From the NCBI GenBank assembly GCA_002633005.1, contig NMRA01000508.1:103250-167249 (forward strand): DNA of 64,000 bases. Direction: 5' to 3'. Positions within the stretch are counted from its first letter, which is position 1. The number at the start of each line of letters is the position of its first letter. A program made the position numbers and the translations under genes. Of this stretch, positions 1-10,819 are shown in pieces. Under the pieces are notes generated by a model. That model searched no databases. It was given only the letters and a program-made list of their open reading frames with translations, and was not told where the DNA came from. Origin of the DNA: Phoronis australis (Eukaryota; Animalia; Phoronida).

Positions 1-1
1 T

Positions 2-865
2 TCTGCGGAGGTTACTAAAGCCAGTCTAAAATGTACTGGCTTGGCTCCAATGATGGACACGAAAACTTGTGTGTTCACTGATGTCAGCTCCAATGTAAAC
101 TGGAAATCTGACTCAAATCTGTACCAGGACTATACTAGTGGTGACTTGTGTAACCTGGTGATTGAGAACGAGAGCAATGCTGTGGCTTTAAGTGAGAAGA
201 TGTCTCTAGGTGGCGCCGGAATCGGTGAATTTGAGGATTGCACTACTGAGAAGTCATACAAGTGCGGAGAGTGCTACAAATTGTTCACATCCAGCCGTCA
301 GCTTAGTCGGCACCTGCTGACTCACCGCAAAAAGGCAGTCGCGTGCGACGTGTGTGGCAAGGGATTCGTGCAGATGTCTAACCTGCGACTACACGCGAGG
401 ATCCACACCGACAATAAGCCATACAAGTGCTCCTTCTGCTTAAAGGCATTCTGCGACAAGTCCAACATGAAGCAGCACGAGCGCACACATACGGGTGAGA
501 GGCCATACGAGTGTACACTGTGCCCCTACAGAGCAGCGGTGAACTCTTCATTGAAGAAACACATGTTAAGGCACGACCCTGCCTGGGATCCAGCGAATGC
601 GCCGAAGCCCTACTTGTGCAATTTCTGCGGGAAGGCTTTCCGTGCCTCAAATGACCTCAAAGGTCATATACGAATTCACACAGCGGAGAAACCCTACACA
701 TGCAAAATATGCAACAGGACATTCCGACTGTACGAAACTTTGAAACGACACTTCATGGTTCACACAGGTGAAAAGCCACACTTGTGCTGTGAGTGTGGCA
801 AGACGTTCACTCAGCGTAGTAACCTCCGTACTCACATGAAAGTTCATGGAATCACCATGGATTGA
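2..865 (+). CDS. ZnF gene 1: terminal 'A' exon (5'-truncated by window edge), 7 C2H2 fingers
   Basis: Frame is open from base 2 to TGA 863-865. It has 7 CxxC...HxxxH fingers with TGEKP/TAEKP linkers and is homologous to the 10820-12502 exon, including the N-terminal spacer and the HDPxWDP linker. Confidence 0.9.
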   Translation, partial: SAEVTKASLKCTGLAPMMDTKTCVFTDVSSNVNWKSDSNLYQDYTSGDLCNLVIENESNAVALSEKMSLGGAGIGEFEDCTTEKSYKCGECYKLFTSSRQLSRHLLTHRKKAVACDVCGKGFVQMSNLRLHARIHTDNKPYKCSFCLKAFCDKSNMKQHERTHTGERPYECTLCPYRAAVNSSLKKHMLRHDPAWDPANAPKPYLCNFCGKAFRASNDLKGHIRIHTAEKPYTCKICNRTFRLYETLKRHFMVHTGEKPHLCCECGKTFTQRSNLRTHMKVHGITMD

Positions 866-1583
866 CCATGTTAAACTTTGCGGGGTTGTAATTTATTGCA
901 TGCTCTGTGTGATTTGATAAGAAGTGAAATTTTGTTGAAAGATATTCACTGCTTGCTCACATTCAGAACTTATATTCAAAGATAACCACAGGGCAATTTG
1001 GCACAATGAGAAAACAGAACCTGTGAAGCTACATTGAGTGAAGGGTTGCAATTTAAATATTTCTTGCTACATCAATTAGGCGTGGGCTAGGCAAGGGGAT
1101 TCCCCCTAATGTCATCTCTTGGGCCATCAAAGGAATTCTGGCCACCATTGTAGTAAGCTTCCATGCAAAATGTGTTACTTTTCAAATTTACAAAAACGAT
1201 CCACTGCAGTGGAAATGAACAATAAAGAAAAATCAATTTTGTGGGCGGCTGTAATGGCAAGTGCTTTGCCGGCCTGTGTCTTAGTGCCTCTTGTTTTAAT
1301 CCTGCCTTCCCATGTAGTTTTCAGTCCTTCGAGTCATAAGGAGCAACAAATTGTAGCCAATCGCAAGCATCCGTGAACAACTTGTTACAACGCTGCAGCT
1401 GTAGACACTGACTCGTAATGATCTCTGAAAGAAAAGGCAAAATTTTGACAGATATGTTAAAAATGTACCGATCCGTCTACGAATTCAGTGGCTTATGCCG
1501 TCGCCTGGAATACGCAAACGATCACAAACCGCACGCCAACAACACTTATGCATTCGAAAACTGTTTGTATAGGAATGTGTACA

Positions 1584-1745
1584 CAGTGGCGGATCTAGGA
1601 TATCACAAGGGGGGGGGCCCAACATTTTGTCCGGCTGGAAGCATTTGCGCGAACTGAACCACGATTGTAGATGCGCATAGCACCGAATGGGGGGAGGTCG
1701 GGAGGGGGGTTTGCCCCCCTCCCGCCCAGGAAATTTTTCTGTTTT
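1584..1745 (+). mobile_element. Left part of a CAGTGGCGGATC-terminal MITE
   Basis: Starts CAGTGGCGGATCTAGGATATCACAAGGGGGG. It matches the reverse complement of 61060-61099 and shares an internal GCACCGA...GGAGGGGG motif with 17630-17876. Confidence 0.65.
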
Positions 1746-1847
1746 TACCTCTAAAACTCAAGCATTTTCCTTGATTCCTGAAGTATTATCCAAGAAAAAA
1801 AGGCAAAAAAAAAACACGGAGAACGTGTCAAACAGGAAAAGTATGCA

Positions 1848-1914
1848 ACGGTCGAAGGCTCGAACTCACGACCTAGTGGGTTGAGCGCGCGTACGTTACC
1901 ACTACACCACCACG
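1848..1914 (-). pseudogene. tRNA-derived fragment (SINE head or tRNA pseudogene)
   Basis: The minus strand has an A-box-like TGGTGTAGTGG and a B-box-like GTTCGAGCC at tRNA spacing. It does not form a clean cloverleaf. Confidence 0.45.
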
Positions 1915-2966
1915 ATTTAACTGTAACTCCTATACTAAAAGACTTACTTCAGTTGTTTATGGGCCACAGCGTTTGCGCGCGTAACCTACTTCTTTTTGCA
2001 ATGCTTATTACACGTTTTATATTTTGTGCCATCAATTCTTAACAAATTTGTCGTATTTGAAATAGTCTTCAAATGCCCAAAAGACCAAATCCATTTTTCG
2101 TGTTGGCAATAATGACAGGATTGCTTTGGAAACCGTCTTAAGATAAGGTTTGACAAAGAGAGTATTGCGAGTTTCTGAGTGATTCACTGAGGCTTCGATT
2201 AAAATTCACATCTTACCAGCAGCTTCTGTTTTTTCATAGCCACTCAGGTTCCATTTTCTTTAAAAAATGAAGTAAATTTTCTTCATTGCACAGTGGAGCA
2301 GACGATGGAAACGGAGTCGTAGTGCACAGCGCCGCTGCCGGTCGCCTAGGATATCGCGGGAGATTCTATACTTAGCCATAGTTCCGTTACGAACGCGCCG
2401 TGTTCCGAATTTGACACTTGAAATTGGATTTGAGCCCCCCCCCCAACACTAAAACTGCACACATTTAAATCTTTTTCATCCGTATAATTTTAATTNNNNN
2501 NNNNNNNNNNNNNNNNNNNNNNNNNNNNNNNNNNNNNNNNNNNNNNNNNNNNNNNNNNNNNNNNNNNNNNNNNNNNNNNNNNNNNNNNNNNNNNNNNNNN
2601 NNNNNNNNNNNNNNNNNNNNNNNNNNNNNNNNNNNNNNNNNNNNNNNNNNNNNNNNNNNNNNNNNNNNNNNNNNNNNNNNNNNNNNNNNNNNNNNNNNNN
2701 NNNNNNNNNNNNNNNNNNNNNNNNNNNNNNNNNNNNNNNNNNNNNNNNNNNNNNNNNNNNNNNNNNNNNNNNNNNNNNNNNNNNNNNNNNNNNNNNNNNN
2801 NNNNNNNNNNNNNNNNNNNNNNNNNNNNNNNNNNNNNNNNNNNNNNNNNNNNNNNNNNNNNNNNNNNNNNNNNNNNNNNNNNNNNNNNNNNNNNNNNNNN
2901 NNNNNNNNNNNNNNNNNNNNNNNNNNNNNNNNNNNNNNNNNNNNNNNNNNNNNNNNNNNNNNNNNN

Positions 2967-3840
2967 GAACCAGAGGCGATGCAGAGGCCATAGGCGCTCT
3001 GTACGCCGGAAGCTTTTCGGCAAATTATGCCTCGCACCGACTAAACCATCAAAGTCACGTTGTTATAAATACCTTTTGCGCATAGAGGAACACCTGAGGA
3101 GGTTGTTGATGTGTTTAATTCCTTCCAACTCGAACAAATACTCCCATTATCAAACTTTTTCTTCGAGCAGTCCCTATTTCAGTTCCCAAAATCGTGAAAT
3201 CAAAATTTTCATTTTTTTAACCAGGCCGAAGGTCAGAAGTTTCGGTCCTACCGGCGAACTTTGAAAGCTGAAGCCGGTCCCCACACTCTGCGTACATGCT
3301 GCCGGGAAACAGCCGTGCATTTGCCGTGTTGTTAAACATTAAAATGTCAAATATGTACACAAAGACTATTAAATGTCATATCAACAGCATTTATTTTTAT
3401 CAAATACAAATAATAATTCATTTAAATACAAGTTTCAAGTAACGCCAATTAAAGACAAGTATAAGTGGTGGCATTTTGGAAACGAACATTTGACTGAAAA
3501 GACTGCAGTGGCTCACCTTTGGCCTATTTAAAGATTGAGGTCATGAAGTCACATCACCTAGCGAGCGCGGTAAAAATTGGAGCATGCGCAGTATAAAAAT
3601 GTTGATTTCACGATTTTGGGAACTGAAATAGGGACTGCTCGAAGAAAAAGTTTGATAATGGGAGTATTTGTTCGAGTTGGAAGGAATTAAACACATCGAC
3701 AACCTCCTCAGGTGTTCCTCTATGCGCAAAAGGTATATTTATAACAACGTGACTTTGATGGTTCAGTCGGTGCGAGGCATAATTCGCCGAAAAGTTTCCG
3801 GCGTACAGAGCGCCTATAGCCTCTGCATCGCCTCTGGTTC
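2967..3840. mobile_element. Foldback/MITE with about 245-bp terminal inverted repeats
   Basis: 2967-3212 is a near-identical reverse complement of 3593-3840; the left end abuts a gap. Diverged copies of the arm lie at about 4945-5075 and 28915-29065. Confidence 0.8.
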
Positions 3841-4589
3841 GGGCCAACAGAGGCGATGGTCATTGCTTATGGACGCCTGTGTCTCGCTCGGAACAATCCA
3901 TGCCAGACCACGTCTACGGCACAGGACAGAGCCAGAGGAGCTCACCTTGTGATCATCACTAGTCAAACACTATTAATGTCTCTCTTATGATTTGAATGGA
4001 AGAACATTTTTAAGCTACCACAGAGAAAAAAATGATCAACCCTCGTTGCAATTAACTAAGCTGTTCCTTTGTTGATATGTGTAACTAGACAGTGCACCAC
4101 CGTCTCAGCTGGCTTGATTACATGTAGGCAACACATAGCGCATCGGTTGGCCGGTTAGAGGCTACAATACTTCCCATCTCTTTCTGTACGCATTTCATTC
4201 CATGTATTTTAAACGGGCGGTAGGCCAAATCCGGCCACCAATTAAGAGTTTTCACCTCGTCAAAACTACATTCTACACTCAAAACTGTCTCTTAAAAATG
4301 AGCTTACTTTCTTCAGTGATCCTTTCTGCTTCTTCACATATCTTCGATGAAGCATATCTACTAGAATTAAGGCGACTTTGGAGAAGAATTCCAACTCCTC
4401 TTTTTGGCCATCGTTTACTTTTTCACCGCGCTTGCGATAACCACAAAATATTTCAACTGAGTCACGTTAGTTAGGCTTAAGGCTAGCGCGAGACTGAGCG
4501 AAGCGCGTGACCTGGTGCCTGACACTTTTAAAATAGCATGGGAAGATATCAGGTGGAATTTTTAAGTTTTGTGTCTCTTAATTGGACTT

Positions 4590-4669
4590 CTTGTTCGTTA
4601 ACAGGCGTGATTTCACGTAACTTCCTCAAAATGGCACCCGGTGGGAGAAACTCGAGCGAACCGCTACAG
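4590..4669 (+). promoter_or_regulatory. Putative promoter / non-coding first exon of ZnF gene 2
   Basis: CpG-enriched segment with ACTTCC (ETS-like) next to CAAAATGGC (YY1-like), ending in a possible CAG|GT donor. A strong acceptor (T-run-AATCTACAG) follows at 5963. Confidence 0.35.
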
Positions 4670-6377
4670 GTTTTCATGAATATGTTCAAGTTATGTTGAC
4701 TAAATTTTATTCAGAGTCATGGTATGTGTTAATTATAACTTTATGTGCATTTATAAGCATGTTTCATTCGGTATTACTTGCTGTATTTTGAAATGTGTTA
4801 CAACTTTTTATGTGGATGTACAATCGCCCCTGTGTGCCTGCGGCATACAGGGCGATTTAGTTGCCTAGCTCCAGTGGAGATGGTGAGCATCCCATAGACT
4901 TTCTATTAGCTGTTCGAAAAAACAACTTGACTGCAGTAGTTTTTGTTTGAGCTGGGAAGTGTTAAAGACATCAACGACCTCCTGAGATATGTCCCTCTTT
5001 TTATGTACAAATGGTATTGTAGTCACACGACTTAAGTGCTTTAATCAGTGTGAGGCATAATGCACCAAACAGCTTCTGGGATTTGAAGGGCATACGGGAT
5101 GACCACTATCTCTATGGGGGTAAGTTGATACAATGTCATTGTCTGTCGTGTAACCTGCTTGAGCAACACAACAGGGTGTCTTGTGTTTGGGACACCACCT
5201 TATGTCAAAGTGATACTTATGCGAGTACCCAGGGGTGGTTCAAGGGGCTCAAAGAAGCCCCTTATTTGGTGAAACTAAAGGTCTGCCTCAGAAAAGTAAA
5301 AACAACGTAGAAAACGATCAAGCCAAAAGACCACTAAAAAGGCATGAACTACAATAATTCAGCTAATACACAATTCATAGCTCTGAACATACCCCGTGAA
5401 TCTTATGTCCAAATACTCAATGAAAAATTCGAGCCCTCTCCATTTTTTAGGATTGGTGCACGCATGAATCTCCTAAAGAATACAATGAAAAATTGAATGG
5501 AGGGGCGCAACATGTAAAGTTTGTTCTGGTTTCAACTTTCTTGACTGTGATGTCAGAGGAGAAGCCTATAGTGGTGGCTTCAGGCTCATTGGGAATCTCC
5601 CACCTCAATAGAAAACATCGCTACTGGACTTAAGGACTTGTGAACTATTACACGTGTGTAATGACCTTTCAGACCTGTTTGAATATAATTTGAAAAATTT
5701 TGGCTTATGTTTTTCTTTAAGAATACCTGCATTTCTCAGGACCTTTTATTTCGTGAACCTTTGAGAGGCGCCCATACCGGTAAAATAAGAAATCTTGGTG
5801 CTAATGTAGAACCGCATGCTGTGGCAAACAGGTGGCGTGCAGACGAGACTAAAAAATGTCTGTGCTCTATATTTCCACGCAGGTTCATAATTAACATAAA
5901 TTATTATAATGCGACTTAATAGAAACTTCTCAGTTGCTCAAATAGTTTTTTTTTAATCTACAGGTTCAGAACGACTGTGATGATGGCAAGTTTCCGTGAA
6001 GGTCTGGAAGACAACGGTATCAACTCACCTGCAAAAATGACATGTGAGTTACAAACTCCAGCCTCCTATAATGGATGAAGTTGATGTGTGAAAAGTGATG
6101 ACAATATCAAATTCTGATAAAAACCTACAGAATGACAGGCAGGCGTGCTGCCACCTGGTGTGTCAAATATCACTGCATGGTGTGTGTTGCACATCAAGAG
6201 ACCTGAAGCAGCTGGAAGGGTGAGTGTGTAATGAACTGTGTGAACTAGAAACTGACTTGACTGAGCTCATGCAGACTTACAAGGGAGATAAAGCTCTCGA
6301 GGGAGACAACTCTGAAGCCGCTGGAATGCTGAGTGTGTACGGAACTGCATGAACTAGAAACTGACTTGACTGAGCTC

Positions 6378-9300
6378 ATGCAGACTTACAAGGGAGATAA
6401 AGCTCTCGAGGGAGACATCTCTGAAGAAATGGTGGACTATCCAGTGCGTAACCAACAGTTCTCTATGGAGACTGACTCGACAGAACATATGCAGATCTGC
6501 AGAGGAGCTAGTGAATTGTTGAGCTGCACCATATGTCGAAGGAATTTCTTGACCGAGCGTGAACTAGGTGATCATATTTTGCTTCATAATGACAACAAAC
6601 ACTACACTTGTGAAACCTGCAGTAAAGTTTTTTCTAATCGCCGACGCCTCACTGAACATCGACGCTCTCACACGGGTGAGAAACCTTACAAGTGCAAAAT
6701 CTGTGAAAAGGGTTTTGCCCTCTCTTCATCTTTGCGTAATCACTATAAGGTTCACTCAAGCGAAACGTTCGAGTGCCCGCAATGTGACAAAGTGTTCAAA
6801 AGAAGTTATGGACTGCGACGGCACATAGTAATTCATTCCAACATTTTGCCGTTCAAGTGCACCAGATGTGGGACAGGCTTTTGTTCACGGTCAGCGCTAG
6901 TGCAGCATTTGCAGAGCCGAAGGTGCGGACAGACTTGTGCTAAAGGAAAGACAGCAAATAAAGTTAAACTCAATTTAAATACTAACAAAAAGGTGTCAAA
7001 TCCCAATGAAAGTGTTGAAAATTGCACACCGATTTCGTTGCAGTGTTCCTTGCCTGACAAGACACTTGAATCAACGGTTTGCGAGGAACGAGTCTCTGTT
7101 GACGATAATTTAACTGAGCACATGGGAACCCACAAGGGAGACAACTCTGAGGAAATGCTGGCATGTAGTGTGTGTAGTAAGGTTTTGAGCACTGAGACTA
7201 GCCTAACTGAGCATATGAAGACTCACAGGGGAAATTATAAGTTGTTCAAGGGAGACGACTCTAAGGAAATGCTGGAATGTGGTATGTGCAATATGGTGTT
7301 CAGCTCAGAGGCTGGCTTCACTGAACATATGCAGACACACAGGGGAGATTATAAGTCACTCAAGGTAGACAACTCTACAGAAATGCTGGAATGTGGTGTG
7401 TGCAACCTGTTGTTCAGCACTGAGACTGGCCTAACTGAGCATATGCATATGCACAGGGGAGGTAATTTAATACTCAAGGGAGACAACTCTAATAAAAGGC
7501 TGGAATTTGGTGTGTGCAATGAGGTGTTCAGTGCAAAGACTGGCCATACTGAGCATATGAATATACACACGGGAGATTATAAGTCACTCAAGGAAGACGA
7601 CTCGAACAAAATGCCTGAGTGTGGTGTGTTCAATAAGATGTTCATCACAGAGACTAGCCTCACCAACCATATGCAGACACACACGGGAGATTACGAGTCA
7701 CTCAAGGGAGACAACACTAAAGAAGTGCTGGAATGCGGTATGTGCAATAAGGTGTTCAGCACAGAGTCTAGCCTCACAGAACATATGCTTACTCACAGGG
7801 GAGATTATAAATCACTCAAGGGAAACAACTTTAAAGAATTTCCAGAATGTGGCGTGTGCAATAAGGTGTTCAGCACAAAGACTAGCCTCACTGAACACAT
7901 GCACACACACATGGGAGATGGTAATTCACCCAAGGGAGACAATGCTAACGAATTTCCGGAATGCGGCGTGTGTAATAAGGTGTTTAGCACAGAGACTGGC
8001 CTTAGTGAACATATGCAGACCCATTGGGAAGCTAATAAAATTCTGAGGTGCAACATATGTCAGAGGTGTTTTCTGACCTGGCAAGAACTAAATAATCATA
8101 TTGCTCAATACGGCGATAACCAACCATATACCTGCCAGATCTGTGGCGCCACCTTTCACTTCCGCCATTTGCTCAACAAGCACCACCAGTCTCATAGTGA
8201 CAAGAGGCCGTACAAATGCAAAGTGTGCAGAAAAGGTTTTACTCTCAGTACGTCCTTGCGTAACCACATGAAGACACACTCAAGTGAGAGGCACCGGTGC
8301 TCACATTGTAACAAAGTGTTCAAGACAATTGATGCACTAAGACAACACTCCATTAGTCACTCGGTCATTTTGCCGTTTCAGTGCTCCAAATGCGGGTCTG
8401 GTTTCTGTCATCGGTACTCTCTGGTACGACACCTGAAGGAACAGAGGTGCAAACAGGTTTCTGTGGAAGAGAAGAGGGCAAAACCAAATTGTTTCAAAAC
8501 TGGGAAGGAATCTAGTGCTGATCAAAGTGTAGAAGATGTGAGTGTGGTTTCTGTACGGAGTACTTTGCCCAACCAGATGACTAATCAAATGCAGACCCAC
8601 AGGGGAGATAATAAAGCTCGCAAGGGAGGCAAGTCAGAAAAAATGTTAAATTGCCCTTTGTGCAACCATCTGTTTTCCACAGAGACTGACTTGACTGAAC
8701 ATATGCAGTCTCATAGGGGAGACAATGAGGTTCTGGAGGGAGACAACTCTGAAAAAATGCTTGATTGCCGTGTGTATGACCAACTGGAGACTAAACCTGT
8801 ACAGACCCACGGGGGAGATAACAATTCTCTTAAGGGTAACAACTCCAAAGAAAAGCTGAACTTCCCTGTGAGCAACCAAGTGTTGGCTGCCGAGAGCGAA
8901 CAGACTGAACACGTGCAGACCCACAGGGAAGCTAGCAAAGTGTTGAGGTGCAACGTATGTCGTAAGAGGTTCTTGGCCAAGCGTGAACTAGACGATCACG
9001 TTAGTCGTTACGCTGACAAGGAAGTGTTTGCCTGTGAAGTGTGTGGGGCAAACTTTCATTCCCATTACGTGCTTAAGAATCATCGGCTGTCTCACAGTGA
9101 CGAGAGGCCCTACAAGTGCAAGGTTTGCGGAAAGGGTTTCACGGTCAGTTCGACTTTGCGTAGCCACATGAATACGCACTCGATTGAGAGGCACCAGTGC
9201 CAACAATGTAAAAGAGTGTTTAAGACAAGTCGTGCACTAAGACGACACGCCCCTGTGCACTCGGAAGTTTTGCCGTATAAGTGTACCAAGTGTGGGTCGG

Positions 9301-9608
9301 GTTTCTCTCTCCGGTACTCGTTGGTGAATCACTTAGAAAAGCGCAGATGCAGACCAGTCTCTTTTGAAGTGAACACAGGAAGCCCTATGACTAGTTGTGG
9401 CGAAGACACCACCAAAGAGGCTAGAAAGCCGTGTAAGGAAATCTTTGCTTGTGACTTGTGTAATCGAGAGTTCCAAACGATGGCGACGGCACGGGCACAC
9501 ATGGAAACTCATGCTGTGTTCACATGTGGTGTCTGCATGGAATCATTCATCACAAAGTCAGCTTTAGATAACCACATAGTGTCTCATATCACCAAGAGGG
9601 TGCGCATG
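6378..9608 (+). CDS. ZnF gene 2: large 'B' exon (about 25 C2H2/C2HC-type fingers, some degenerate)
   Basis: Long ORF with first in-frame ATG at 6378 and a phase-0 donor ATG|GTAAGA at 9608/9609. It contains three 5-finger modules, a spaced-finger array and two terminal fingers (CGVCMESF). The true start is uncertain. Confidence 0.85.
7150..8030 (+). repeat. Coding tandem repeat: 8 x 114 bp (38-aa spaced zinc-finger unit)
   Basis: Unit is approximately MLECGVCNKVFSTETSLTEHMQTHRGDYKSLKGDNSKE. Two units have lost a Cys (EFGVC, ECGVF). Confidence 0.9.
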
Positions 9609-10542
9609 GTAAGAATTCCTTGTTCATTTATTAACATCTGTATACAATAGCACTCAGTTTGGGTCGCCAATGCGACCTGGGAAAAATTCCAAGTTGCCAC
9701 GAAGTCCCCACTGCGAGTGTCAAAGTCAAACAATAATTCCCTCTAAGTTTGATCCAAAGTTTGTGTTGATTTCCAAACTCCTTAAATTACTAGAAGTTCT
9801 ACTAGATTTATTAGTGTGTGTTTTGCAATTGTTCCGTTTATTTCATTAAATCTGAGCATTTGTCACCACGTTTAAATTGCAACAGGAAGTAAACAGCCAG
9901 AAGTCAGAAGTGGTCCGCAAAAATATGGCTAGATCGGCGAATTTCTTTCTATCAGCCCATTCAGTTGTCTCCATGCTACATGTATGTTGGTTTCTCATTA
10001 AGGGGACGAGGAATTGAGTAAAAGACTTACATGTAAGATGACTGAGTTATTTACGAGGGAAACTGGAGAAGTATAAGAGAATGTTTGTTGTTAATTTTAT
10101 TTTTTGGTCGACAAACTGTTCCACCCAGGTAGGAAACTTTGGACTTGATTTAGGCGCCTGAGGTTTTCATGTTTGGCGACCTCAGATTTCGTTTGGCGAC
10201 CTGGGTTTTTTGCAGTTAGAATTTTTCAAAATTTGGGTGTGATTTCTGGTCTAAATTATGTTCTGCCCACTCATGAGGCATACACAATGTAGTTAGATAT
10301 GATCGGAAGCATTGTGCATAATTGCACTCAGGGTTACCTTAAAGGGCTACCACACCCGGTATGTGGGTAATTGGGAAGGCGGGTCCAGTGCGGGATAATA
10401 CTTCCATCACAGATGTGAGGTGTCGGCGAAATGTTTCTGTAGTTAGCAGCATTGTCCAACCAATGATTTCTTCAGGAGAACCCTACACCAAATTTGTCAA
10501 ATTTGTAAACTGGTTAACTTTAATGTCCAGTATTTCAGTATT

Positions 10543-10742
10543 GAGGCAGTGTGGCCTTGTGGGACTGTGTCCGCCTGCTTTAGTCAAGGTCGTGGGTTCG
10601 AGTCCCACAGGGGCACTGTAATAGGCCCTTGAGTCAGGTTTCTAGCTCCTCAGCTTAGTTTTAACTAGAACATAAAAATGGAACCAGGTGATCAGTGCAA
10701 TGCTCCCACGTCTGGTACAACGTGTACTAGACCACCTGCAAC

Positions 10743-10779
<37 letters not shown>

Positions 10780-10790
10780 ATTGTTATTAT
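10543..10790 (+). mobile_element. tRNA-derived SINE with (TAT)n tail
   Basis: A-box TGGCCTTGTGG, B-box GGTTCGAGTCCC (10595-10606) and a (TAT)n tail at 10743-10790. A partial second copy of the body lies at about 31141-31262. Confidence 0.75.
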
Positions 10791-10819
10791 CGGTAATTAA
10801 TAATATTCTTTTGTCTCAG

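Noticed and set aside
2465-3037. ORFs spanning N runs (also the N-terminus of ORF 24255)
   Set aside because: Gap artefacts. The splice-compatible frame before the second gap starts at 24254.
4945-5075. Intronic hairpin as H/ACA snoRNA
   Set aside because: It is a diverged copy of the 2967-3840 foldback arm.
6568-9206. Antisense and alternative-frame ORFs over the ZnF exons
   Set aside because: Shadow ORFs of repetitive coding sequence.
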